A stretch of 40,272 nucleotides of DNA from Flavobacteriaceae bacterium (GCA_013042825.1 JABDPL010000252.1:1-40272); one strand, 5' to 3'; shown: positions 26,137 to 35,240, counted from the stretch's first letter. Translations and numbers: made by a program. The notes: a model not told the origin generated them from the letters alone.

Positions 26137-27015
26137 ATGGGAAGACAATCCTTCTTACGGCTATTCTTATTCGTCGCTCTTACAATGACCTCATGTACTA
26201 ATACTAAAAAGATTGAAGTTCAGGGCCATCGCGGTTTCCGCGGGCACTATCCGGAGAATACGATTATGGGTTTCAAAAAAGCTGCTGAACTGGGAGTAGA
26301 TGTTTTGGAACTCGACATTTGCATTTCGAAAGACAGGCAGGTGGTGGTGTCTCACGAACCCTTTATGAACCCGGTGATATGCAGGACAGCCGAAGGCAAC
26401 AGAATAACGCCTGAATCGGCCTTGAACTATAATATTTACCGGATGAATTATGAGCAGGTAAGAGCCTTTGATTGTGGGACATTGCCTCATCCTGATTTTC
26501 CGGAACAGCGAAAGATCAAGGTTTCTAAACCGAAGCTTTCCGATGTTTTTGATGCCTTGATAGATGACTATCCGGCGATGCGATACAATATCGAGATAAA
26601 AGCTGATTCCAGGATGGATGGGATATTTACTCCTGAACCAAAAGCATATGTTGATGTGGTGGTATCCCTTTTGAAGGCTTACCAGCTTGAAGAAAAAATC
26701 ACTCTCCAATCCTTCGATATCAGGATATTGGAGGAAATTCATGATTCGGCGCCAGAAATTTCAATTGCGCTGCTGGTTGATCATAATGAAACCATGGATG
26801 ATAAACTCGCGACCTTGACGTTTAAGCCCGAAATTATCAGTCCGGATTTCAGCTTGCTAAATGCTCAAAATGTTGCCGATTACCAGGATTCGGGATTTCT
26901 TATAATTCCCTGGACTGTAAATTCTGAAGATGACCTGCAACGCATGATCGATGCACGGGTCGATGGTATAATAACCGATTATCCGAATCACCTGTTAGAC
27001 TTGTTGAATAAATAA
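26137..27015 (+). CDS. Glycerophosphodiester phosphodiesterase family lipoprotein
   Basis: GDPD motif HRGFRGHYPENT and ELDICISKD. Lipobox LTMTSC. An alternative TTG start at 26125 would overlap the upstream stop. Confidence 0.88.
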   Translation: MGRQSFLRLFLFVALTMTSCTNTKKIEVQGHRGFRGHYPENTIMGFKKAAELGVDVLELDICISKDRQVVVSHEPFMNPVICRTAEGNRITPESALNYNIYRMNYEQVRAFDCGTLPHPDFPEQRKIKVSKPKLSDVFDALIDDYPAMRYNIEIKADSRMDGIFTPEPKAYVDVVVSLLKAYQLEEKITLQSFDIRILEEIHDSAPEISIALLVDHNETMDDKLATLTFKPEIISPDFSLLNAQNVADYQDSGFLIIPWTVNSEDDLQRMIDARVDGIITDYPNHLLDLLNK

Positions 27016-27297
27016 TTCAGTTTAATCGTGTTTATCGATCAAAAATATCCTTTGGTCTGATCGCTTTGCAGTTCCTCTAAGATTACTGTTTGTCAAACGA
27101 TTATCTATTGAATTGAATGGGTGCGTCCGTATCTTTATCATGCTATTAATCTATCTTTAGGTTTGATTGAATTCAATTGAACTGAGTATTAACCTGATGT
27201 GATCACGGCTGTCCCTCTTGCCTGCTTTTCAACGCAGTTGGTGCGTATTCTTAAATTCTTGAATTGATTCAAACCCGGAGATTAAAAATTTTTTGGG

Positions 27298-27918
27298 ATG
27301 ATTTCAACAAGGTCAATCCTGGCTTCCATTTTTATGATCATGTTCTGCATGATTTCTGTTGAGGCACAAGGGGATTTCGCAACTTTGGTAAAGAATGTCA
27401 ACTACAGGGCAGATGGTCTTAACCATGACCTAAGTGTTACTAAAGACACGCTTAAATTAAAAAGTGACGATATCATTCAACGGGTTTACAGCGTTGGTGA
27501 ACATGGCCGGGCAATAGATTTATGGGTGAACAGGAAGCAGCGTGATATTCCTTTAACAGAGCTGGCCAAGGGCAAGTATGTTTTCGTGGTTGAACAGAAT
27601 TACCTCAAAATCGTTTTCCAGGTGGTTATCAACCGGGACAACCGCCTGCTCGAATTGAACAATGTAATGGATTCGCGTACGACAGGTACTACTTCCGAAG
27701 TGATCGATGAAAAAGATCCGTTGGAGAATGCGCTGATCGAAGAAAAGAAACTGACCAAGGAAATCAGGAAATCCAGCATTATAACCACCGAGCTACCTGC
27801 ATATAAAAAATATAATCTAACCGACGTCAACCGGGCAGGAATGCAGTCTCGTGAAGAGGCGCGAAAACAAAGAATTGAGGAACTTAAGGCCAAGCTGAAG
27901 AAGCAAAGAAAAGATTAG
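27298..27918 (+). CDS. Secreted protein of unknown function (paralogue 1) with a charged C-terminal tail
   Basis: 206 aa. Signal peptide ending VEAQ. A core of about 90 aa that is alignable to the 28121..28519 product. Lys/Glu-rich tail EEARKQRIEELKAKLKKQRKD. Confidence 0.6.
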   Translation: MISTRSILASIFMIMFCMISVEAQGDFATLVKNVNYRADGLNHDLSVTKDTLKLKSDDIIQRVYSVGEHGRAIDLWVNRKQRDIPLTELAKGKYVFVVEQNYLKIVFQVVINRDNRLLELNNVMDSRTTGTTSEVIDEKDPLENALIEEKKLTKEIRKSSIITTELPAYKKYNLTDVNRAGMQSREEARKQRIEELKAKLKKQRKD

Positions 27919-28120
27919 GGGTTTTCTCCGGTTTATTATGGGGTTTGATGTGTGTATATTTTTGATTCGGTAATCGTTCGGCCGTCAGCTTCGCTGTTCT
28001 TCTATTTTTTCCTACCGTTCGTAGATTATTTCACCGGATATGCAGCCAATTCACTTAGATTTATATCGAGGGTCATAAAGCTATTAATTCGCATAAAATT
28101 AGAGTCAATGCGTAATATTA

Positions 28121-28519
28121 ATGAGACACTCGCTCACCGGCTTGCTATTCCCCTTATTCATTATATCCCTTTTTACAGCTTCCGCTCAACAAAAGACCGG
28201 AATAATCGAGAAGAATATCAACCTCGAAGCTAAAGAGCTATATCATGATCTGAATGCTTCGAAGGACACCTTGATCCTCAAAAGCAAGAGCAATATACAT
28301 TACATCTACTCCCTTAATAGTAAGAACAAACGTGAGGTGGATACACATGTATATGCCAATTCCTTCAAACTGCCGCTGCAGCACTTAAGCGCCGGTAAGC
28401 ATTTATTTGCAGTTAGCTATCAGCAGAAAAAGATTTTGTTCGTGCTAAGAGTCCATGATCCCAACATGACTTATCTGAACAAGCCGAGGGGCGCAAAGAT
28501 CGTCACCAGAAATCACTAA
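28121..28519 (+). CDS. Secreted protein of unknown function (paralogue 2)
   Basis: 132 aa. Signal peptide ending ASAQ. Shares HDL..SKDTL.LKS, I..IYS, PL..L..GK..F.V and KI.F blocks with paralogue 1. Confidence 0.6.
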   Translation: MRHSLTGLLFPLFIISLFTASAQQKTGIIEKNINLEAKELYHDLNASKDTLILKSKSNIHYIYSLNSKNKREVDTHVYANSFKLPLQHLSAGKHLFAVSYQQKKILFVLRVHDPNMTYLNKPRGAKIVTRNH

Positions 28520-29748
28520 TCGTATATCAGGTATTGCTGTCTGGTATTCCGGAAATCTGTCAATCCTTCAGACCAGGTGGCTCGGATCTCCTCAGTTGTT
28601 AAACCTGCGATTATCTGACTGCGCAGGACATCGGTTCCTGATAATTTCTCGAAGAAGGCATTGAAGAAATTTTCTTTGTTTAATGATGCCTGATAAGCTT
28701 TGATTAACCATTCCAGATTCAACGTATCCAGGCGTTTATGATTTCTGAGATCCATGCCATAGCAGGTTTTTCCCGTGTGTTTGGGATATTTTGCACCGGC
28801 ATTGGGCTCCGGCCTAAAATTGAATGCGAATACCTCAGGATTGAGTTCCGGACTGCCGAAGACCTGGAATTGCATATCGGTTCCCCTACCGGCACTTACG
28901 GCCGTGCCTTCAAAAAAACACAGGCTCGGATAAAGGTTGATGGCAACATCATTTGGCAAGTTGGGCGAAGGTTTGATCTTCAATTGATAGGGATCAGAAC
29001 GGGAATAATTGAGCATTGGGATAACCGTTAAATTGCATGTTAGGCCACCGTCAAGCCACCCTTCACCATTGATCATTTTGGCATATTCCCCGATGGTCAT
29101 ACCATGAGTAACGGGTATCGGATGCATACCGACGAAACTCCGGTGCTTTTCTTCCAAAACCGGGCCATCGATCATTTGCCCGTTTGGATTTGGCCTGTCC
29201 AGGACGATGAGGGGAATGTTCTGTTCGGCACAAGCTTCCATCACATAGTGCAAGGTGGAGATGTATGTATAAAATCGCGCACCGACATCCTGGATGTCGA
29301 AAATAATATGATCAAGATCGCTATCGGAAAAGGCCGGTTTTTTATTCTCGCCATAAAGTGAAATGATCGGCAGTCCGGTTTTCTTATCCATGCCGTCTTT
29401 TACCAGCTCACCTGCATCAGCAGTTCCCCTGAAACCGTGTTCGGGTGCGAATACACGAACAACATTTTTTTTCAAAGAAAGCAGGGTGTCGACTAAGTGG
29501 GTATAGGAGATGCCGTTATCGTGGTATATTACTGATGTCTGATTTGCAACGATCCCGATCCTGCCCTTTAACAATGGAAGATATTCATCAAGCCTCGCTG
29601 CACCTATTGTAAGAGCATGATTATTGGGTTTGATGACATTGCTTTTGGATGAGGTTTCGACCGGTTCTTCTTTTTTTTGACCTCCTGCGCAAGCAAAAAC
29701 CACCAAAAGACACAATAAAAATGTATTTTTGATCAAGGAAATCTTCAT
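28516..29748 (-). CDS. DUF1343 / exo-beta-N-acetylmuramidase NamZ-like lipoprotein
   Basis: Start taken at ATG 29748 (MKISLIKNTFLLCLLVVFAC, lipobox). DUF1343 motifs GIVANQTSV and VFAPEHGFRG. The longer track ORF to 29940 is an improbable extension across the lolE-like gene. Confidence 0.85.
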   Translation of the reverse strand: MKISLIKNTFLLCLLVVFACAGGQKKEEPVETSSKSNVIKPNNHALTIGAARLDEYLPLLKGRIGIVANQTSVIYHDNGISYTHLVDTLLSLKKNVVRVFAPEHGFRGTADAGELVKDGMDKKTGLPIISLYGENKKPAFSDSDLDHIIFDIQDVGARFYTYISTLHYVMEACAEQNIPLIVLDRPNPNGQMIDGPVLEEKHRSFVGMHPIPVTHGMTIGEYAKMINGEGWLDGGLTCNLTVIPMLNYSRSDPYQLKIKPSPNLPNDVAINLYPSLCFFEGTAVSAGRGTDMQFQVFGSPELNPEVFAFNFRPEPNAGAKYPKHTGKTCYGMDLRNHKRLDTLNLEWLIKAYQASLNKENFFNAFFEKLSGTDVLRSQIIAGLTTEEIRATWSEGLTDFRNTRQQYLIYD

Positions 29749-29755
29749 CTCAGCA

Positions 29756-30991
29756 TTGAAATTCGAATACTTTATAGCAAAACGCATTATAGGCAGCAAG
29801 TCGTATAAAAGTAGTGTTTCGGCACCAATAATAAAAATAGGCATTGCAGCCATAGCCATCGGTATTATTGTGATGTTAATAGCCATTGCAACCGGGATCG
29901 GGATGCAGCAGAAGATCCGTGAAAAGGCCATTGCCTTCAATGGTCATTTGACCATATCGAATTTCGACAGTAATATTTCGGAAGAATCGATCAATCCGAT
30001 TTCTTCCGAACAGGAGTTTTATCCCGAATTCAAATCGGTTCCCGGGGTTTCCCATATTCAGGCAGTTGCTCACAAATTTGGAGTTATTAGAACTGAAACC
30101 GATTTTGAGGGCATGGTCATAAAGGGTGTAGGACAGGAGTATCGCTGGGATTATTTCGAAGACTTTCTGGTTGAAGGGCGCTTGCCGAGATACGGTGATG
30201 AGATGAGTTCGGAGGTATTGATCTCTAATTATCTCGCAAATCGTTTAAATTTGGAGGTCGGGGAAAGCTTCCAGATGTTTTTTGCGAGGGAAGATATCAA
30301 CCGGCCCCCGGCAATTCGAAAGTTTGATATAGTTGGACGGTATAATTCCGGATTTCAGGAGTTGGATGAAACCTATCTGATTGGAGATATCAGGCATATT
30401 CAGCGACTAAACCGCTGGGAGGAAAACCAGGTTGGTCATTTCGAGCTTTTCGTGAAGGATTTTGACGAACTTGATGAAACAACATACGCGGTATATCAGA
30501 ATACCCCATCGGTGCTGAATACAGAGACCGTTGCCCAGAAATATGCCTCGATTTTCGAGTGGATAAATATTTTTATCAAGAATATATATGGCATAATCGG
30601 TATAATGATCTTTGTTGCCGGTATCAATATGATTACTGCTTTGCTGGTCCTCATCCTTGAAAGGTCGCAAATGATCGGGGTTCTCAAGGCCCTTGGCAGT
30701 ACCAATAGCAGTATTCAAAAGATATTTTTATATAATGCCTCCTATCTGATCCTCTTAGGATTGTTCTGGGGGAATTTGATCGGCATCACCTTGCTTCTAC
30801 TTCAGAAAAACTTTGGTTTATTTCCGCTGGACCCAGAGGTATACACGGTAACTCAGGCACCGGTTTATCTGAGCCTGGATTATGTGCTGGTCTTAAACCT
30901 GGGTACATTCCTAATCTGTTTACTGATGTTGTTGATTCCGACTATGATCATATCCAGGATTTCACCCGTGAAAGTCGTTCGATTCGAATGA
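29756..30991 (+). CDS. FtsX-like ABC transporter permease (LolC/E family)
   Basis: N-terminus (M)KFEYFIAKRI is typical of LolE-like permeases. 4 TM with a large periplasmic loop. C-terminal RISPVKVVRFE. TTG start at 29756, with an alternative TTG at 29729. Confidence 0.85.
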   Translation: MKFEYFIAKRIIGSKSYKSSVSAPIIKIGIAAIAIGIIVMLIAIATGIGMQQKIREKAIAFNGHLTISNFDSNISEESINPISSEQEFYPEFKSVPGVSHIQAVAHKFGVIRTETDFEGMVIKGVGQEYRWDYFEDFLVEGRLPRYGDEMSSEVLISNYLANRLNLEVGESFQMFFAREDINRPPAIRKFDIVGRYNSGFQELDETYLIGDIRHIQRLNRWEENQVGHFELFVKDFDELDETTYAVYQNTPSVLNTETVAQKYASIFEWINIFIKNIYGIIGIMIFVAGINMITALLVLILERSQMIGVLKALGSTNSSIQKIFLYNASYLILLGLFWGNLIGITLLLLQKNFGLFPLDPEVYTVTQAPVYLSLDYVLVLNLGTFLICLLMLLIPTMIISRISPVKVVRFE

Positions 30992-31091
30992 TGAGTATGA
31001 TCCTGATAAGTGTCGTCTCTGATATTTAAATCAATGGTGAGCGAACTGCTAAGAATTCTCTTTTATTTTAGAAGGTCCCTTAACTTTTGGT

Positions 31092-31099
31092 TATTTTTG
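31092..31099 (+). promoter_or_regulatory. Candidate -7 promoter box (TATTTTTG)
   Basis: Matches TAnnTTTG, 20 nt upstream of ATG 31120. Confidence 0.35.
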
Positions 31100-31119
31100 C
31101 ACGTCTATTAAAAAATCTC

Positions 31120-32100
31120 ATGGAATACGCTGAGAACATACTTTCTACCATTGGAGATACTCCCCTGGTTAAAATCAATAAACTAGTGGAAGAGCTGCCG
31201 TGCCTGGTCCTGGCAAAATATGAGACCTTTAATCCCGGGAACTCGGTTAAGGACCGCATGGCATTGCGAATGATAGAGGATGCAGAAGCCGATGGCCGGC
31301 TCAAACCGGGTGGGACGATAGTTGAAGGAACCTCGGGTAACACAGGTATGGGATTGGCACTGGCAGCAATTGTGAAAGGTTATGACTGTGTTTTTGTCAC
31401 CACCGATAAACAATCCAAGGAAAAGGTAGATGTTCTTCGTGCCATGGGTGCCAGGGTTGAAATCTGTCCGACCAACGTTGAACCGGATGATCCGAGGTCG
31501 TACTATTCGGTAGCGCGGCGCTTGGGCGAAGAGATAGAAGATGCATGGTATGTCAATCAATATGATAATCCATCTAACACGCTCGCACATTACGAGACCA
31601 CGGGGCCTGAAATTTGGAAACAAACCGGAGGTAAAGTCTCCCATTTCATCGTTGGAGTTGGAACTGGCGGAACGATCTCGGGGGTTGGGAAATTTCTAAA
31701 GGAAAAGAATCCCGATATAAAGATCTGGGGTGTGGATACCTATGGCAGTGTTTTTAAGAAATATCATGAAACCGGTGAATTTGATGAGAATGAGATATAT
31801 CCATATATCACCGAAGGTATAGGAGAAGATATCCTACCTGAGAATGTGGATTTTAGTATTATCGATGGATTTACCAAGGTAACCGATAAGGATGCTGCGG
31901 TTTATACCCGGCGCCTGGCTCGTGAGGAAGGCATGTTTCTTGGGAATTCAGCGGGAGCCGCCATAAAAGGCGTACTTCAGTTAAAAGAGCATTTTACCGA
32001 GAAGGATGTGGTTGTGGTTCTATTCCATGATCACGGGAGCCGTTATGTCGGTAAGATCTATAACGATGACTGGATGCGTGAACAAGGTTTTATTGATTAA
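31120..32100 (+). CDS. PLP-dependent cysteine synthase family enzyme (cystathionine beta-synthase catalytic-core-like)
   Basis: 326 aa from MEYAENILSTIGDTPLV. PLP lysine in NPGNSVKDR. GTSGNTG loop. QYDNPSN and GVGTGGTISG motifs. The track start at 31087 is an upstream extension. Confidence 0.88.
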   Translation: MEYAENILSTIGDTPLVKINKLVEELPCLVLAKYETFNPGNSVKDRMALRMIEDAEADGRLKPGGTIVEGTSGNTGMGLALAAIVKGYDCVFVTTDKQSKEKVDVLRAMGARVEICPTNVEPDDPRSYYSVARRLGEEIEDAWYVNQYDNPSNTLAHYETTGPEIWKQTGGKVSHFIVGVGTGGTISGVGKFLKEKNPDIKIWGVDTYGSVFKKYHETGEFDENEIYPYITEGIGEDILPENVDFSIIDGFTKVTDKDAAVYTRRLAREEGMFLGNSAGAAIKGVLQLKEHFTEKDVVVVLFHDHGSRYVGKIYNDDWMREQGFID

Positions 32101-32149
32101 TACTCTATAAAACAGGCATTTAAATTCTAATTCTTCAATTTAATACATC

Positions 32150-32180
32150 AAAAACCTGGCATACTTGACCCGGTTTTTTT
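32150..32180 (+). terminator. Weak terminator-like hairpin
   Basis: AAAAACCTGG / loop / CCCGGTTTTTTT. The stem is only 5 of 6 bp, but it has an A-tract and a T7 tract. It lies 50 nt after the stop at 32100. Confidence 0.3.
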
Positions 32181-32323
32181 GTTGTATTTCCCTAAACCCC
32201 TGAATTGTAAGATCGAAAAAAGATCGATAAAAGTTTGGAATGTAAAATTTTTATTATATTTTCGATGAATTACATATTTTATCGACGAAATGCACATTAA
32301 CCCCAATCTAACTATGAGCCGCT

Positions 32324-33451
32324 ATGAAAGTTCAACAAATATCCCTGTCGCTTCATACATGGAAAGATGACCTTTCTCACATATCTATTGAACCCGATCT
32401 TTTTTTACTGTTCATCTCACCGGAGTTTAAAGAAAGACAGGACGTCCTTGATACGTTAAGACAAAAATTTCCAGAGGCCACGATTACCGGCTGCTCAACT
32501 GCAGGGGAGATCTCGGGTATCAATGTTAAAGACCGTACGGTGTCTTTAACGGCTATTAAACTCGAAAAAGTCAGCCATGAACAAACCCATGTCAAAGTAG
32601 ATAATATGAAATTCAGCTATAAGGCTGGTCGCGAACTGGGGCGTGCTTTGAAAAAAGAAGACCTCAGGCATGTACTCGTATTCAGTGACGGGCTTAACAT
32701 CAACGGTGCCGATCTGGTCTCGGGACTGCAATCGAAATTACGAGACGTGAGCATCACAGGTGGACTGGCTGCTGACGGCCCGAATTTTAGCTCAACTTTT
32801 GTCATCAATAACGATGGTATAGATTCCAATTGTATAGTGGGTATAGGTTTTTATGGTGACGCATTAAAAGTTGGGTATAGCTCGAAAGGCGGCTGGGACA
32901 GTTTTGGTATCGAGCGACTGGTGACCAAATCCCACAAAAATGTATTATATGAACTGGATGGGCTTCCGGCCTTGACGGTTTATAAATCCTTTTTAGGTGA
33001 AGAGGCTAAAAACCTTCCGAGTTCTGCTTTGTTGTTCCCCTTGTGCATGCGGAATAACGAATCGGATAAACCTCTGGTGAGAACTGTGCTTTCAGTTGAT
33101 GAAGAAAAGCAAAGTATGACATTTGCGGGTAACATTCATCAGGGCTCTTATGTGCGATTGATGAAGGCCAATATTGATCGTTTGATCAATGGAGCCGGGA
33201 ACTCTGCAAAAATCGCTCAGGAGATCATAAAGGAATCAGCAGATCTGGCCATTTTAATCAGCTGTGTTGGCAGACGATTGGTTCTCAAGCAGCTAATTGA
33301 GGAAGAAGTTGAGGCAGTGCGCGATATCATAGGTGATAAACCTGAGATCACTGGCTTTTATTCCTATGGTGAGATTGCCCCCAACGGGGAGTTTTCTCCT
33401 TGTGAACTTCATAATCAAACCATGACTATAACAACCCTGACCGAATGTTAA
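32324..33451 (+). CDS. FIST (N+C) sensory domain protein
   Basis: 375 aa soluble protein. Layout and motifs (TGCSTAGEI, VFSDGLNINGADLV, GFYSYGEIAP) are typical of FIST_N/FIST_C proteins. Confidence 0.8.
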   Translation: MKVQQISLSLHTWKDDLSHISIEPDLFLLFISPEFKERQDVLDTLRQKFPEATITGCSTAGEISGINVKDRTVSLTAIKLEKVSHEQTHVKVDNMKFSYKAGRELGRALKKEDLRHVLVFSDGLNINGADLVSGLQSKLRDVSITGGLAADGPNFSSTFVINNDGIDSNCIVGIGFYGDALKVGYSSKGGWDSFGIERLVTKSHKNVLYELDGLPALTVYKSFLGEEAKNLPSSALLFPLCMRNNESDKPLVRTVLSVDEEKQSMTFAGNIHQGSYVRLMKANIDRLINGAGNSAKIAQEIIKESADLAILISCVGRRLVLKQLIEEEVEAVRDIIGDKPEITGFYSYGEIAPNGEFSPCELHNQTMTITTLTEC

Positions 33452-35184
33452 ATACCGATCGACATCGCTTGATAAAAAGGCAACTTCGAAAGGTCAACCT
33501 CCCCAAGATCGATTCCGAAGAGATATCCAGGTTCCTGGATATGATAGAAGATGCCTATAAAAGCTATGATCAGGATATCATTCGACTTGAAACCATTCTT
33601 GAGGAAAGCTCCAAAGAACTATTCCGAGCTAACCAGACATTAAAGAACGAAAGTGAGTTTGCTAAATCAAGGTTGAGAAATATTGTTAATACGGTTCATG
33701 ATGTTCTTTTCCAGACCGATATCCATGGTAATTTTGTCTTCCTGAACAAGGCCTGGTATGAACTTACGGGCTTATCATGGAAACGTTCCATAGGTAAGAA
33801 TTACAAGAATCTTATGGTGGGTATGAACCGTACAGAGAAAATCCGTATTCAACGGTTCCTCAAAGAACGGAAGAAGGATTATCGCACCATTTTCAGATAC
33901 TTTAAACCGAATAGAGAGGTTAAATGGATTGAGCTAAGGATGTCGATTACCTTCGATAAAAAAGGGAATGCTAACGGAACAATCGGCACTATGACCGATG
34001 TCACCAACTTAAAGGAGACGGAAATCGAACTCCATAAAGCAAGCCAGGCCAAGGACGAATTTCTGTCGACCATGTCACATGAAATCAGGACTCCACTGAA
34101 TGCGGTTATCGGATTGACCAATATACTGATGATGGAGCGAACGCTCCCGGAGCAGGCAGAGATTTTACAGGCATTAAAATATTCTGGAGAAAACCTGCTT
34201 GGCCTGATAAATGATATTCTCGACCTGAATAAGATACATTCAGGAAATGTCCATTATGTTGAAGCTGAATTCAGTTTAGACGATGTCTTGAAAGAAATTC
34301 ATGCGCAATTCAAGTACCTCGGTAAGGATAAATATCTCATTTTCAAAATAACCAGAGACCGGAATATCCCCGATGCGCTTCTGGGCGATCGTATGATGGT
34401 AATACAGGTGCTGAAGAATCTTGTCAGCAATGCATTTAAGTTTACAGATAAAGGATTAGTCGAACTTAAAGTATCCCGACTTGAATTAAATAATCGAATC
34501 ATCAGGTTGGAATTCAGGGTTAACGATACGGGTATCGGTATTCCGGAAAAAAAGCAGAAAAGCATCTTCGAAAGCTTTGTTCAGGCCGAGAAGAATACCT
34601 CACGACTTTACGGTGGAACGGGCCTCGGACTTACGATAAGCAAAAAGATCCTGAATATTCAGGGCAGTGAATTAATCGTTGAAAGCGAACCGGGTCTCGG
34701 GTCATCATTCTGTTTCGATTTATCCTTTAAACTGGCAAAACCCATCATTGCATCGAGGAGTAAATCAAAAATAAATACCACGACAACTGAACAAATCAAG
34801 TTGAATGTTTTGGTTGCTGAAGACAATAAGCTGAACCAGTTGGTATTATCGAAATTACTCGATAAATGGGGTGTATTCTACACCATAACCAACAATGGAA
34901 GAGAGCTCATTGATATTTATGAAAAGGAGGATTTTGACCTTATATTAATGGATCTTCAAATGCCGGTTCTGGACGGATACAAGACGACAAAAACCATCAG
35001 AAACCTGGCGAACAAGATCAAAGCAAACATTCCGATTATCGCCTTAACCGCCTATGCCCATGAGGAGGCAAAATTAAAATCGGAAAAGCACAAAATGAAT
35101 GGCTTCATGACCAAGCCTTTCAAACCAAACGAGTTTCACCAACTCCTGAGACTCTATGGCAATAAAATTCAAAACGTCGGTTAG
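33445..35184 (+). CDS. Soluble hybrid sensor histidine kinase / response regulator (coiled coil-PAS-HisKA-HATPase-REC)
   Basis: 579 aa with no TM segment. H-box STMSHEIRTPLNAV, N-box NLVSNAFKFT, G1 DTGIGIP, G2 GGTGLGL. REC domain VLVAEDNKLNQ...DLILMDLQMPVLDG...TKPF. 7-nt overlap with the FIST gene. Confidence 0.92.
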   Translation: MLNTDRHRLIKRQLRKVNLPKIDSEEISRFLDMIEDAYKSYDQDIIRLETILEESSKELFRANQTLKNESEFAKSRLRNIVNTVHDVLFQTDIHGNFVFLNKAWYELTGLSWKRSIGKNYKNLMVGMNRTEKIRIQRFLKERKKDYRTIFRYFKPNREVKWIELRMSITFDKKGNANGTIGTMTDVTNLKETEIELHKASQAKDEFLSTMSHEIRTPLNAVIGLTNILMMERTLPEQAEILQALKYSGENLLGLINDILDLNKIHSGNVHYVEAEFSLDDVLKEIHAQFKYLGKDKYLIFKITRDRNIPDALLGDRMMVIQVLKNLVSNAFKFTDKGLVELKVSRLELNNRIIRLEFRVNDTGIGIPEKKQKSIFESFVQAEKNTSRLYGGTGLGLTISKKILNIQGSELIVESEPGLGSSFCFDLSFKLAKPIIASRSKSKINTTTTEQIKLNVLVAEDNKLNQLVLSKLLDKWGVFYTITNNGRELIDIYEKEDFDLILMDLQMPVLDGYKTTKTIRNLANKIKANIPIIALTAYAHEEAKLKSEKHKMNGFMTKPFKPNEFHQLLRLYGNKIQNVG

Positions 35185-35240
35185 AGATACCAGATTTTTA
35201 AGGTTTTAAGTTTAAGTAGGATTTTTGTACTTTCATTCTC

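Noticed and set aside
26191-26742. A 183-aa antisense ORF inside the GDPD gene, and a 153-aa antisense ORF at 31183..31644 inside the cysteine-synthase-family gene
   Set aside because: Both lie opposite genes with strong catalytic motifs, and neither shows any motif of its own.
27952-28233. A 93-aa ORF spanning the spacer between the two secreted paralogues
   Set aside because: It overlaps the signal-peptide region of the 28121 gene in another frame, and its sequence is Phe/Ile/Arg-rich with no recognisable features. A small real gene in the 202-nt spacer cannot be fully excluded.
29749-29940. A 64-codon N-terminal extension of the namZ-like ORF (track start 29940)
   Set aside because: The extension runs antisense through the lolE-like gene and encodes an implausible Ile/Pro/Ala/Met repeat. 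The internal ATG 29748 gives a textbook lipoprotein signal peptide.
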